From positions 887 through 64,886 of the forward strand of contig JBBCJA010000018.1 of NCBI GenBank assembly GCA_037189585.1: a DNA stretch of 64,000 nucleotides, written 5' to 3'. The stretch comes from Selenomonadaceae bacterium (GTDB lineage: Bacteria > Vulcanimicrobiota > Xenobia > Xenobiales > JADMJV01). This document shows, piece after piece, positions 1 through 8,656 of the stretch (positions within the stretch are counted from its first letter, which is position 1; every line of letters starts with the position of its first letter). Under the pieces are notes generated by a model. The model worked only from the letters and a program-made list of their open reading frames with translations, had not been told where the DNA came from and searched no databases. A program made the translations under genes and the position numbers.

Positions 1-183
1 ATGTCATCGATTTGTAGAAATGGGTAGGTTTCATCGTCTGAATCACATCACGGATTTGAGTCCGGTCGAACCCCAATTCGGAAGCTGTTCGCAGGGCTGC
101 CTTGTCAAAAAGAGGTTTTCTACAGTAAAGAAAGCGGCTTTGAAAGCTTCCAAATCATAGGTCGGTCTGTATTTGTCAGCCAT
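1..183 (-). pseudogene. mqsR: MqsR-family type II toxin gene, cut by the window edge and apparently frameshifted
   Basis: The reverse-strand ATG at 183-181 gives MADKYRPTYDLEAFKAAFFTVENLFL. A different frame then continues KAALRTASELGFDRTQIRDVIQTMKPTHFYKSMT to position 1. Both halves fit the MqsR pattern (ELG...VI...FYKS.T). The frame switch falls at a T5 homopolymer (A-run 107-111 on +). The region is visibly AT-richer than its surroundings. Confidence 0.5.
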
Positions 184-192
184 ACAACACCA

Positions 193-207
193 ACACCTTT
201 ATGGTGT
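193..207. promoter_or_regulatory. Inverted repeat ACACC-N5-GGTGT upstream of the mqsR-like gene (possible operator)
   Basis: acacctttatggtgt is read directly and lies 10-24 nt upstream of the reverse-strand ATG. MqsA-type antitoxins bind short promoter palindromes, but the cognate antitoxin gene would lie outside the window. Confidence 0.25.
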
Positions 208-268
208 ATTTTAGCACCTTATTAGCGGCTCCGATAGAGGAGCGTGACCTTACCCTGCTGCTTCATCG

Positions 269-2014
269 CTAACGTTCGATCCAGGAGACGACGCGGATGC
301 GGTCTTCGATGGGGAGAAATTGTGAGAGGTCGACGGGAACATCTCCGGAAGTACCTTGAGTGGAATCAGCCGCTGCTTTACTCAACTCGGCTGTGAGCTG
401 ACTCCGAAGTTGGATCTTAAGCTCCTCGACGCCCGCGCTGTCGTAGGCCATGGCGGCTCCCCCCCATCCCGCCGCCGGAATTGATGCGTCGTACTTGAGA
501 GCGTTCATTGCCTCACCCAAGCTATCAAGATACACCTCGACATCGGCCTGGTCATCAAGAGTCTGAGTCGGCATGCTAAAAGACATAACACCCTGAACCA
601 CCGAGATATCGACCGGAAATCCTCCGTTAGTAGGCTCAAGATCGATATAGAAAGCGCGGGCCACTTTCAAATCTTGCATTGTGGATGGGTCTTCTGTGGT
701 AGTCCTCATCTCGACTGAGAGCTGTGAAGCTCCAACTTCCACCATACGCGGACCACTTACTGGCAGTAATCGCACCTCAATTCCCCCATTGGTGACCCCA
801 CCTCCCCCTGTCTCTTCCGCTATGACAGGCTCATAAAAAACATTGACGTGGTCAAGCTCGACTCCGGTGGAGGCGTGGCCGGTCAGAAGCGAGCCCACCA
901 GCGTGAGATCAGCGGCTCGTAGGCCCTCTTCGGCGTAAAATAGACCGCGTAAGTAAGAGCGTTCGGTACCGTGCCCCGAGAGAGTCACCCGTCCTCCCGA
1001 GATGACAGCCAATTCCGTCATCCCTTCCAGATTCGTCGCTCCGCCGATGGAGATGTCGCCGGTGGCCACGATGACTCCGCTCCCGCTGACACCTCGAGGC
1101 AAGCGTAGCTCTCCCTCCACGAAGAGGTGGGCATTGGAAAGGGTGAGGGGTTGGGAGAAGGTGACCACACCCTGACCGCGAGCCGAACCGGTCAGCTCCG
1201 CCTCGGACCCCGTGACGGGGAAGTGCTCGCGACCGGAGGTTCGTGGGTCGTAGTCGGTGGGACGCAAGGTCGGAAGGTCGACTTTGCTGGAACCGGCACG
1301 AATCTCTCCGCGAATTTGGACTCCGTCGGCTTTCACCACCTGTCCCGGGGTTTCCACGTCTCCTAAGATCGTACTTCCAGAGGCCAGCATCACAGCCTGA
1401 GCATCCGTTCCGTTGGCCAAAAGGTCGGCGGGTAGAAGGTCCTCCTCTCGAGTCGGAGGCGGCCAGACACCATGCGGTAGTGCGGCAATCAAAACACCGT
1501 TGCGAGTCTCCACTCGACCTCCCGAGGCGATGGCCCAGGGAAAAGGAGGCAGGCGCAAGACAGCCTCCACCCGCCGCTCCACTCCGGCCGAGCGACCCAC
1601 CCCCACCAGGTGAACGGTGGAGGAAGGAACCAAAACATCGTCAGCGCCGTGGGTGTCCTCGGTCCGATTGAGGTTGTTGGTGGAATAAGGCAGCCCCTCA
1701 CGCTGTGCCGTCCCCTGATGAAAGGTCAAAAGTCCGAGCGAATGCGAAGTTTCCAGTCGAATCCCCTCATCGACCAGGCGTGCCTCTCCAAACTCCTTGG
1801 CCTGAAGTATCTGGGAGATCGCCTGCGAAACAACCGAACGGGCCGCGTTGGAAGCGGCCAGCCCGTGCTCTTGCCGACTGGAAAGTTGGAGGTGAGTGAC
1901 GCTCAGGCTGGCTAAGGTGAAAGCCAGAACGGCTAGCACACTCACCGCTAGCAAGGCTCCCCCTAAAGAGAGCCCATGCCGATCCGACTCAGAACTCTTT
2001 CCGACGAACTTCAT
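269..2014 (-). CDS. GspK/PilX-like large minor-pseudopilin-family protein (orphan paralogue of 47210..49090)
   Basis: 581-aa ORF with a basic N-terminus, a single hydrophobic helix (GLSLGGALLAVSVLAVLAFTLASLSV) and then a PilX_N/GspK-like helix. The central block AHLFVEGELRL..GVIVATGDISIGG..AVISGGRVTLSG and the C-terminal LPIEDRIRVVSW motif align by eye with the 626-aa protein at 47210..49090. Confidence 0.6.
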   Translation of the reverse strand: MKFVGKSSESDRHGLSLGGALLAVSVLAVLAFTLASLSVTHLQLSSRQEHGLAASNAARSVVSQAISQILQAKEFGEARLVDEGIRLETSHSLGLLTFHQGTAQREGLPYSTNNLNRTEDTHGADDVLVPSSTVHLVGVGRSAGVERRVEAVLRLPPFPWAIASGGRVETRNGVLIAALPHGVWPPPTREEDLLPADLLANGTDAQAVMLASGSTILGDVETPGQVVKADGVQIRGEIRAGSSKVDLPTLRPTDYDPRTSGREHFPVTGSEAELTGSARGQGVVTFSQPLTLSNAHLFVEGELRLPRGVSGSGVIVATGDISIGGATNLEGMTELAVISGGRVTLSGHGTERSYLRGLFYAEEGLRAADLTLVGSLLTGHASTGVELDHVNVFYEPVIAEETGGGGVTNGGIEVRLLPVSGPRMVEVGASQLSVEMRTTTEDPSTMQDLKVARAFYIDLEPTNGGFPVDISVVQGVMSFSMPTQTLDDQADVEVYLDSLGEAMNALKYDASIPAAGWGGAAMAYDSAGVEELKIQLRSQLTAELSKAAADSTQGTSGDVPVDLSQFLPIEDRIRVVSWIER

Positions 2015-2087
2015 TTGACATCAAATCTTTCTCCGCTCCAGCCCGCACGGCCTTCACTTCCCTACGTGAAAGCGAAGGCCGTTACGG

Positions 2088-2768
2088 CTAGAAGGCGTTA
2101 CGGTTAGGGTCGAAAGGCTCGTTGTCGGGATGAAGGAGAGAGGGAAAGTCAGGATAGGGCCAGTTCGGAGGAGACCCTGGCTCCTGCTTCGGAGGCAAGC
2201 CCGGGATAGAGACCGGCCAGCCTCCTGGCTTCCCGATGGGGAATCCCGTCTTCGGCAAACCTTCAAGAGCGTGCTGGATCATCGTCCCGACCAGGTCCTG
2301 GCGCCCAAACAAGCCGTCGTCTTTAGGGTCGGCTCCGGCGGTGTTGATCTCGCTGATCACCTTAGGATTGGCCAACAAAAATTCGATGGCGCGGCGGAGC
2401 TCCTTCGGGCAGTTCTGATCCTGCAAGGCCAACTTTAGGTCGTCGACACTGAAGATCTTCTTCTTCGTTTTGCTACCCTTGATGTTGTCGAGATAGTCGA
2501 AATTGTCCAGCAGAACCCGCGCGGCCTTGGCCGGAGTCATCATATTTTCCAGAGCTTCCTTGATTTGCTCGTTCGGCGGAATGAAAGCTCCGATGTCCTC
2601 ACCGAGCTTGCCGGCGAAGGCGCGGTACTCCGCCAACGGGCCGGTGTCGCGCTGTGCAGGTCGAGAATTCTCGGATGGTCTCTCGGCGGGAGCCAAGTCC
2701 GCGGCGCGACCACGACTAGGTCCGTTGAGAGAGGTGGTTGCTAAAGAAAGGTGGGGTTTAATATTCAT
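2088..2768 (-). CDS. Hypothetical protein (226 aa from internal ATG), no signal peptide, Pro-rich C-terminus
   Basis: Long ORF. The ATG at 2768 is preceded by GGAGGA with 5-nt spacing on the reverse strand, so the track start at 2816 is less likely. No recognisable domain. Confidence 0.65.
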   Translation of the reverse strand: MNIKPHLSLATTSLNGPSRGRAADLAPAERPSENSRPAQRDTGPLAEYRAFAGKLGEDIGAFIPPNEQIKEALENMMTPAKAARVLLDNFDYLDNIKGSKTKKKIFSVDDLKLALQDQNCPKELRRAIEFLLANPKVISEINTAGADPKDDGLFGRQDLVGTMIQHALEGLPKTGFPIGKPGGWPVSIPGLPPKQEPGSPPNWPYPDFPSLLHPDNEPFDPNRNAF

Positions 2769-2902
2769 TTCTATCCTCCGTGTGAGTGAGCGTTCTTTCT
2801 GGTTTGAGATTAGCAACCCAGACGACGATGACCCGACGATGGATCGTGAGCGATGTTAAACTCTTCCGAGGAAGCGGGAGGCCCAGTCCCGAAATTCCAG
2901 TC

Positions 2903-3571
2903 ATGGAGAAACCGTTTGAGCCGGGCCTCTGGAGACCGCTCTATCGCGCCGATGATGGACTCTTCGATGGAGAATTTTTGGACGCGGCGGCTCGCTTCGT
3001 TCGAGAACATCCGCTCCTCGCGGGCACGACTCTCAACTCCCGATTCTCGGGCACTCAAGGGTTCTCTATCGCCATGACCCGCAGCGGATTTCCTCGCCTG
3101 GAAAAGGGCTTCCCTTTCTTTCATCAATACCTGGAAAAAGTGAGCCCCGACCGCTGCAACGCTTTTTTCATCAATCCATTAGTGATCGCGGAAGGGAGCT
3201 ACGTGGGTCCGCACATCGATCGCAGCCTATCCTCCTGGACACGACCCGAGCTCCCTCCCTATCCCGTCAAGGTTTCCGTCCTCTATCTCGACGTGCCCGA
3301 CGATCTTCAAGGAGGTACCCTTCTACTGCACCCTCCCTTGTGGACCCTGGCCTCAAAACCGACCATCACGCCGAAAACCGGACGACTGTTCGAATTCCGA
3401 GGCAACCTTCGCCATGAGGTCGCCGAAGTTAAGCAGGCCAAGACCCCGCGCATCTCACTGGTGATGGAAAATTACGAACTGTCGCCGGAGCTTCTACGAA
3501 AGATTCCCGATTTCTATGTACGCAGCACGCGCACGTTCAACTCTTTCATGGAAGAAGCACTGACCGTGTAA
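2903..3571 (+). CDS. Putative 2OG-Fe(II) oxygenase-like protein
   Basis: HID (GPHIDRS) plus a distal His (NLRHEV) in a predicted beta-rich C-terminal half resembles the HxD...H facial triad of prolyl-4-hydroxylase-type oxygenases. The start is uncertain (ATG 2903 chosen; 2786 and 2828 are possible). Confidence 0.45.
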   Translation: MEKPFEPGLWRPLYRADDGLFDGEFLDAAARFVREHPLLAGTTLNSRFSGTQGFSIAMTRSGFPRLEKGFPFFHQYLEKVSPDRCNAFFINPLVIAEGSYVGPHIDRSLSSWTRPELPPYPVKVSVLYLDVPDDLQGGTLLLHPPLWTLASKPTITPKTGRLFEFRGNLRHEVAEVKQAKTPRISLVMENYELSPELLRKIPDFYVRSTRTFNSFMEEALTV

Positions 3572-3640
3572 CACAAAGTTCACTTTTCGCTGCCCTGAAA
3601 AAGGCACAATAATTTCAGTACTTTTTCAGGAGATGTGTTC

Positions 3641-5413
3641 GTGACCATTCAGCCCAGCATCCAGGCCACCCGCGCCGTTGCCCCCAACACCGTTCGAGAA
3701 AAAGCCGATAACTGCGGCTGCCCTCATAGCGCGGAGTCCGTGGCCTCGCCCAGCGAAAGCTTTGTCCCCTCGGCCCAGAGCGCCAAGGCCGCTCCCGCTA
3801 GTGACGTCGTGGTCTCGAGCGCTTCGGAGAAAACAGCCGAGCTCCAAGCCCCTCAAGATGGTGAGAAAACCGTTCAGGTTTCGGTCTATCAGCAGGACCC
3901 CTTCGTGGCCAAGCCTATCTTGCTTGAAGTTCCTCAAAACGAAATCGGCTCGAACCTCTCCAGCCCTCGCGTGGTCACCAAGGACAACCGCCCCCTGGCC
4001 AAGCCCGATGCCAACGGCAACTACATTTTGGCGGACCTTTCCGACGGAATCGCCCAAACCAACGCCCACGTGATCACCAACGAGACTCTTCAACTGTTCG
4101 AAGGCTACAAGGGTGGAGAGATCAACTGGGCTTCCGGCAAACAGCTTTCCGTCACCCCTCACAAACAGGAAGGTCGTAACGCCTACTACTCCCGCTGGGG
4201 CGGAACCAACTACTTCTACAGCGAGTCGAAGGGTCTGGGCCACACCATGAAGACGGCCAATTCAACGGACGTGGTCTCTCACGAGACCGGACACGCTCTG
4301 CTCGACGGAATCCGTCCAGGCTTTTTCTCCACCCACGACGACGAGACCGGCGCTTTCCACGAAGCCTTCGGTGATTGCGCGGCGATCTTGTTCGGCCTGA
4401 CCCAGAAGGCCAATCGCGACAAGTTCATCGAGCAGACCGGAGGCGACACCACCAAGCACAACGTCTTCTCCTCGCTTGCCGAAGAGTTCGGCGCGGCCCG
4501 TGTGTTAGACAACGACGACCCATCAGATGACCACAAGACCTGGCTTCGCACCACGCAGACCAGCTTCACCTATGTTCCTCCGTCCAAGCTTCCCGACGGA
4601 CGTGGTAGCGAGACCGAGCTCGGTCGCGAGGTGCACTCTTTCTCGCGCCTCTTCTCCTCGGCTTTCTACGACTCGGTCGTGGCGGTCTACAACCAGGCCC
4701 TCGGCGAAGGCAAGTCGATCGACGAGGCTCTGGTCACGGCCGAGCAGATCAACGGGCCGGCCCTGCTTCGCGCCATCGAGTCCGGCTCGCCCAACCGCGC
4801 GACCTTCAAAGCTATCGCGCTGGGAATGGTCGCGGCCGACAAGGCCAACGGCGGGAAATACGCCGACGGAATGGCTCAAGCGTTCATCAACCGCAAGATC
4901 ATCACCGCCGCCGACATCAAGGCTGCCGAGGAAGAAGCCGCTCAACTGCCCGACGTACGCCTGCCCGAAGGACTGAGCAAGGCCAACGCGGTCAACTTCC
5001 TGGAGGCCAATGCCGAAGCGCTGGGTCTATCGGCCGACATCCCCTTCGTTCCTGAGAACGTTTCCAGAAACGGCAAAGGCGAGACCTTCGTCTCCTTCCG
5101 CTACAGCCAGGAAGTGCCCGTGACTGTGGCCGGCTTGGAGGGCAAAGTCACCGATGTCCAAGGTGGATTGAACCTGACCTTCGACGCCAACGGGAAACTG
5201 ATCGGACGCGCCTTCGATCAGATCACCGGCGACACGGTAGAGCGCGAGATGCAGGGAATCGCCAACATGCAAGCTCGCAACGCCATCGTGGACAAAGAGG
5301 CCGTGGGTCTGTTCAAGAACGGCGGCAACGAGAACCTGTTCAAGTCGGCCATCGAGGGGAACAAGATCGTTCGCCTCCCGATCTCCGGCTGCGACCACGA
5401 GCACCACCACTAA
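3641..5413 (+). CDS. Thermolysin-like (gluzincin) zinc metalloprotease, no obvious signal peptide
   Basis: HETGH (HExxH) is followed about 20 aa later by GAFHEAFGD, the thermolysin-type third-ligand Glu motif. The GTG at 3641 lies 8 nt after AGGAG (3628-3632). The C-terminus ends CDHEHHH. A terminator follows. Confidence 0.8.
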   Translation: MTIQPSIQATRAVAPNTVREKADNCGCPHSAESVASPSESFVPSAQSAKAAPASDVVVSSASEKTAELQAPQDGEKTVQVSVYQQDPFVAKPILLEVPQNEIGSNLSSPRVVTKDNRPLAKPDANGNYILADLSDGIAQTNAHVITNETLQLFEGYKGGEINWASGKQLSVTPHKQEGRNAYYSRWGGTNYFYSESKGLGHTMKTANSTDVVSHETGHALLDGIRPGFFSTHDDETGAFHEAFGDCAAILFGLTQKANRDKFIEQTGGDTTKHNVFSSLAEEFGAARVLDNDDPSDDHKTWLRTTQTSFTYVPPSKLPDGRGSETELGREVHSFSRLFSSAFYDSVVAVYNQALGEGKSIDEALVTAEQINGPALLRAIESGSPNRATFKAIALGMVAADKANGGKYADGMAQAFINRKIITAADIKAAEEEAAQLPDVRLPEGLSKANAVNFLEANAEALGLSADIPFVPENVSRNGKGETFVSFRYSQEVPVTVAGLEGKVTDVQGGLNLTFDANGKLIGRAFDQITGDTVEREMQGIANMQARNAIVDKEAVGLFKNGGNENLFKSAIEGNKIVRLPISGCDHEHHH

Positions 5414-5440
5414 AAGTCACACTCTTTGAGTGCTCGCGAA

Positions 5441-5467
5441 GGCCTCCCGAATCGGGAGGCTTTTTTC
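5441..5467 (+). terminator. Rho-independent terminator of the metalloprotease gene
   Basis: gcctccc (5442-5448) pairs with gggaggc (5454-5460) around a 5-nt loop, followed by T6 (5461-5466). Confidence 0.8.
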
Positions 5468-5480
5468 ATGCCCGAAGGGC

Positions 5481-5510
5481 TTGCAAAACATGATTTCGAT
5501 GTGCTAACTT
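5481..5510 (+). promoter_or_regulatory. Sigma70-like promoter for the tRNA gene
   Basis: TTGCAA (5481-5486), an 18-nt spacer, then TAACTT (5505-5510). The predicted start near 5517 coincides with the 5' arm of the leader-trailer helix. Confidence 0.45.
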
Positions 5511-5536
5511 TAGCACTCGTAAGCAGTCTTCCCGGC

Positions 5537-5611
5537 CGGGGTATAGCTCAGCTTGGTTAGAGTGCTTGCTTAGGGAGCAAGAGGTCCCCAGTTCGAATCT
5601 GGGTACTCCGA
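5537..5611 (+). tRNA. tRNA-Pro, anticodon read as AGG in the standard fold
   Basis: A 75-nt cloverleaf folded by hand. Acceptor cggggta/tactccg has one G.U pair, with C1-G72 and A73 (Pro identity). D arm is gctc-agcttggtta-gagt. Anticodon stem is cttgc/gcaag with loop ttaggga (U33, G37). The variable loop is 5 nt. T arm is cccag-ttcgaat-ctggg. No CCA is encoded. Confidence 0.85.
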
Positions 5612-5639
5612 TTCTTTTAGGCGAAAACTGCTTACGAAG

Positions 5640-5665
5640 GGAGACGGTGATTCGTCTCCTTTTTC
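5640..5665 (+). terminator. Rho-independent terminator after tRNA-Pro
   Basis: ggagacg (5640-5646) pairs with cgtctcc (5653-5659) around a 6-nt loop, followed by T5 (5660-5664). Confidence 0.75.
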
Positions 5666-5685
5666 ATTTAGGAAGGGGAGGCGAC

Positions 5686-6141
5686 ATGGAAAAAGTCACC
5701 AACATCGAGCAGTATCTCAACCTATTGGTCTACGTGATCCGAGCCGACGGTATCGTCGATGACCAGGAGATTGGACAGCTTCAGGTCCTCCTCCGCTCTC
5801 GCTGCCCCGAGCCCCTCTCCGATGAAGAGCTTCAACAGATCGCGATGCGACTGACCGCCGAGGGTTCGATCAAGGCGACCGACGATGAACTGGTCAAGGC
5901 AGGCTACGGAATCGATGACCACACCCTCATGCTTTTGGTCCGTGACGCCTATTCATTGGCCGCTTCCGATGGTGAGGTGGACGGCTCGGAGATCCAGACC
6001 CTACGCCGCTTCCTACGGCTGCATGGGGTCCCGGTCGAAAGATTCGCCAACATCGATCTGTGGGCGCGCAATCCAGAGGCCGACCTGGAGATCGGGGTCG
6101 CCCTTCTCAGTCCGGCGAAACCCGCCAATCCAACGCCGTGA
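5686..6141 (+). CDS. TerB-like (tellurite-resistance TerB/DjlA-N family) protein
   Basis: Two TerB-type repeats are present (LLVYVIRADGIVDDQEIGQL and AYSLAASDGEVDGSEIQTLRRFL). ATG 5686 was chosen because the track ORF start at 5566 runs through the tRNA gene. Confidence 0.55.
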   Translation: MEKVTNIEQYLNLLVYVIRADGIVDDQEIGQLQVLLRSRCPEPLSDEELQQIAMRLTAEGSIKATDDELVKAGYGIDDHTLMLLVRDAYSLAASDGEVDGSEIQTLRRFLRLHGVPVERFANIDLWARNPEADLEIGVALLSPAKPANPTP

Positions 6142-6142
6142 A

Positions 6143-6850
6143 CTATCGATCGCTTTGGCGTAAGGTTGAAGCGGCACCCCAGAGTAGCCCCGAGAAAAGC
6201 CATCCTGACACCGCGGTCGCGAAGAAGCTAAAGGTCGCGTCCAGGTAGCGGGAGGCCGCGAGCTCGGCTAGAGGGTTGAGCAACGTCAAGACCACCGTCC
6301 AGGCGACCGTCTGCAGACTGGCCATTTCTAAAATGTCGGCCGTTGGCTTTGCCCAGTCCAGGCGAACTGAAGGGACGGACGAGGGGCAGTATCCAGTAGC
6401 GGTCAGTAGGGGGACCGCGGTCAAAAAAACTGCCTGTGGATGCCCCAGGGCCAGGGTGGCGAAACAAAGTGAAACAAGAACCGGGAGGGTGGGGTTTTCC
6501 GCTTCCCGCTCGCGCCAAAGGACACGCAGCAGCCCGAAAACAAGGCTCAGCCGCCAAAAATAAGCCAAAAGAAGCCCCAGGCTCGCCGAACCGACCGCTC
6601 CGAGAGCAAGCCTATCGAGCCATAGACCCCGAAGCGTGATAGAGACCCAGAATCCGCCCAGACAGACGGTCCAGATACCATGCCAGACCCGTGAAACTTT
6701 GAAACCTAGCGTTATTCTGCCCAGAAGAACCGCCAGCAAGAGCCCTCCCCAAATAGGGAGCTCGGCGGACGACCAGGCTGAAGGGGACAAAGAGGCCAAC
6801 GCCACGCTCAGTAGCAGGCCCGAGAAGAGACAAAGCGCGGGAGCCAACAA
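6143..6850 (-). CDS. Polytopic membrane protein, unknown function
   Basis: 235-aa ORF with at least 6 hydrophobic segments. Confidence 0.6.
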   Translation of the reverse strand: MLAPALCLFSGLLLSVALASLSPSAWSSAELPIWGGLLLAVLLGRITLGFKVSRVWHGIWTVCLGGFWVSITLRGLWLDRLALGAVGSASLGLLLAYFWRLSLVFGLLRVLWREREAENPTLPVLVSLCFATLALGHPQAVFLTAVPLLTATGYCPSSVPSVRLDWAKPTADILEMASLQTVAWTVVLTLLNPLAELAASRYLDATFSFFATAVSGWLFSGLLWGAASTLRQSDR

Positions 6851-6856
6851 ACGAGC

Positions 6857-7735
6857 TTATTGGGCCCGCATATCCCGAGTCAGCCAGGAGAGAACCTCAC
6901 CCATCCGCTGACTCCAGGAATACTCGTCGTGACGCGCTCCCAGGGGTTCGTGGTAGCGTAGGTTTCCGTCGAGTTTCCAACCCTTGGACAAGAGCGCCTC
7001 TCCGGTCTCGCGAGTGCGGTCCCTGACATCCTGAACGCCGTTTCCACCCTCGGGCCTGGCGCCCAACTGGCCACCGCGCAAGGGGCGTTGTCCGAAATTG
7101 TCGCTCGAACCCTCTTCCGTCCCCATGTCCAGCCAGATACGCGGTTTAGGTCCATCGCCTTGCGGTGTCTTGAGGATCTGCTCGGCCATCTGGCCGCTGG
7201 CCCACCAGACAGAGGGCGAAAGCGCGCCGACTGCGGCGAAGACTCCCGGATGAGCGATACCGGTGGCGAGCGACACCAGCCCTCCCATGGAACTTCCCAG
7301 CAGAACCCGCTGCTTTGGATTGACCGAGTAGGTGCTCTCCACTGAGGGAAGCACTTCGTCGAGAAGAAAATCTTCGTAAACCTGACCCTTTCCGCCACCG
7401 TACTCAGGGTCGGCGACGTGACTGTAATCGTCAAGGCGCGAAGAGGCGTTATCGATGGCTACTAAAATCGCCTCAGGCATCCGCCCTTGCCGGGTCATCT
7501 GAGCCACGGTCTCGTCGACCTGCCATTCTTGGCCGGCGAATCCCGTCCGTCTGTCGAACATATTCTGCCCGTCGTGCATGTAGACCACGGGATACGACTT
7601 ATGTTCGGGGTCGTAGTTGTCGGGAAGGCGCACGGTCACGCCGCGCCGTGTTCCCAGGTGTTCGGAGGCTATCTCATGCCGAACGAATCGCCCGGTCAAA
7701 GTGCCTCCTGTTAATGGAGATGAGGAGATAAACAC
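6857..7735 (-). CDS. Esterase family protein (esterase D / enterochelin-esterase-like alpha/beta hydrolase)
   Basis: The VVYMHDGQNMF block and nucleophile elbow GSSMGG are typical of the putative-esterase family. Confidence 0.7.
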   Translation of the reverse strand: MFISSSPLTGGTLTGRFVRHEIASEHLGTRRGVTVRLPDNYDPEHKSYPVVYMHDGQNMFDRRTGFAGQEWQVDETVAQMTRQGRMPEAILVAIDNASSRLDDYSHVADPEYGGGKGQVYEDFLLDEVLPSVESTYSVNPKQRVLLGSSMGGLVSLATGIAHPGVFAAVGALSPSVWWASGQMAEQILKTPQGDGPKPRIWLDMGTEEGSSDNFGQRPLRGGQLGARPEGGNGVQDVRDRTRETGEALLSKGWKLDGNLRYHEPLGARHDEYSWSQRMGEVLSWLTRDMRAQ

Positions 7736-7850
7736 AAATTCATTTAAACAAACTCACCGCGAAGAATTTTGAACGTTCTGTGACATAGCTCACAAACAAG
7801 AGGTTCATGGCTCACTGCGAAAGGTCCCATTCCAGCTCTATGATGGGCTC

Positions 7851-8270
7851 ATGAAAACCGCCGCCCACGTGATGAACACCAGCTACTCGATGCTACCAGT
7901 GATGGTACTTCAGATTCGTCAAAATCAATTCAGCCTGGGACACTTGCGAGGTTTTCTTCATGAGGCGACTCGAGAATTAGCCGACAGAGACCAACGGTTT
8001 CTTCAGACTCGAACTCGTTACTTTCTGCAGCTACGCTCTCGCCGAGAACGACGCGAAATCGATCCGTGCTTCGAGGCCGAGGAAGCGGCTCTCATTCATG
8101 GCCGCCTGGCCCTGGACGCTCTGAAAGGTTTCATCAAAACTCGAAGACGTACTTTTCTCAACGAAGCGCTCTACAGCTTTGAAGCCTCGGAGTGGCAGTT
8201 CGAGCAGTTGCTCCGACTACGCATGCGCCTGACTCCGAACCAGCAAGAGGACCTACAACGCGCGGCCTAG
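7851..8270 (+). CDS. Hypothetical protein
   Basis: 139-aa ORF, helical and Arg-rich, with no recognisable domain. Confidence 0.45.
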   Translation: MKTAAHVMNTSYSMLPVMVLQIRQNQFSLGHLRGFLHEATRELADRDQRFLQTRTRYFLQLRSRRERREIDPCFEAEEAALIHGRLALDALKGFIKTRRRTFLNEALYSFEASEWQFEQLLRLRMRLTPNQQEDLQRAA

Positions 8271-8653
8271 CTCTGCAATAGGTGCAGATGGAGATAGTGT
8301 TCCGTCACCTGGCGACTTCCAAGAAAAACCTGGAAACGATAGGCTCCCGGCTCGGGGAAAACCATCTGGTTGACGTCGGACTGAACGTGGACTGTCTGCT
8401 CTTGAACTTCTAAAGTGAAATAGAGCTCTGGGCTTTGATGCAGCATCATCGTGTTGGCCGGATTAAAAATCTTAATCCTTTGCACGTGAAACCCCAATCC
8501 TCCACCCCAGGTCGACAACACCGAGAACCGAGGATATGTTATTGGAAAACTCTTGGCATAAAGATCGGTGAATAGCCCATAAAGGTTCAACTTCCCATCG
8601 GGAGCCGGAACAATGGAGTCACAGTAGAGGAAACTCTTGAGGATCGGTTCCAA
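8267..8653 (-). CDS. Hypothetical small beta-rich protein, downstream partner of the GHKL ATPase
   Basis: 128-aa ORF lying 3 nt downstream of the GHKL gene on the same strand. Confidence 0.6.
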   Translation of the reverse strand: MEPILKSFLYCDSIVPAPDGKLNLYGLFTDLYAKSFPITYPRFSVLSTWGGGLGFHVQRIKIFNPANTMMLHQSPELYFTLEVQEQTVHVQSDVNQMVFPEPGAYRFQVFLGSRQVTEHYLHLHLLQS

Positions 8654-8656
8654 AGA

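Noticed and set aside
3626-4243. 205-aa minus-strand ORF, and similar antisense ORFs such as 17347..18039, 23723..24262, 31937..32704 and 57114..57812
   Set aside because: Each lies opposite a longer ORF with clear family motifs. In high-GC DNA such antisense ORFs are expected by chance.
5566-5685. N-terminal extension of ORF 5566..6141
   Set aside because: It runs through the tRNA-Pro gene and its terminator. An internal ATG at 5686 gives a TerB-like protein.
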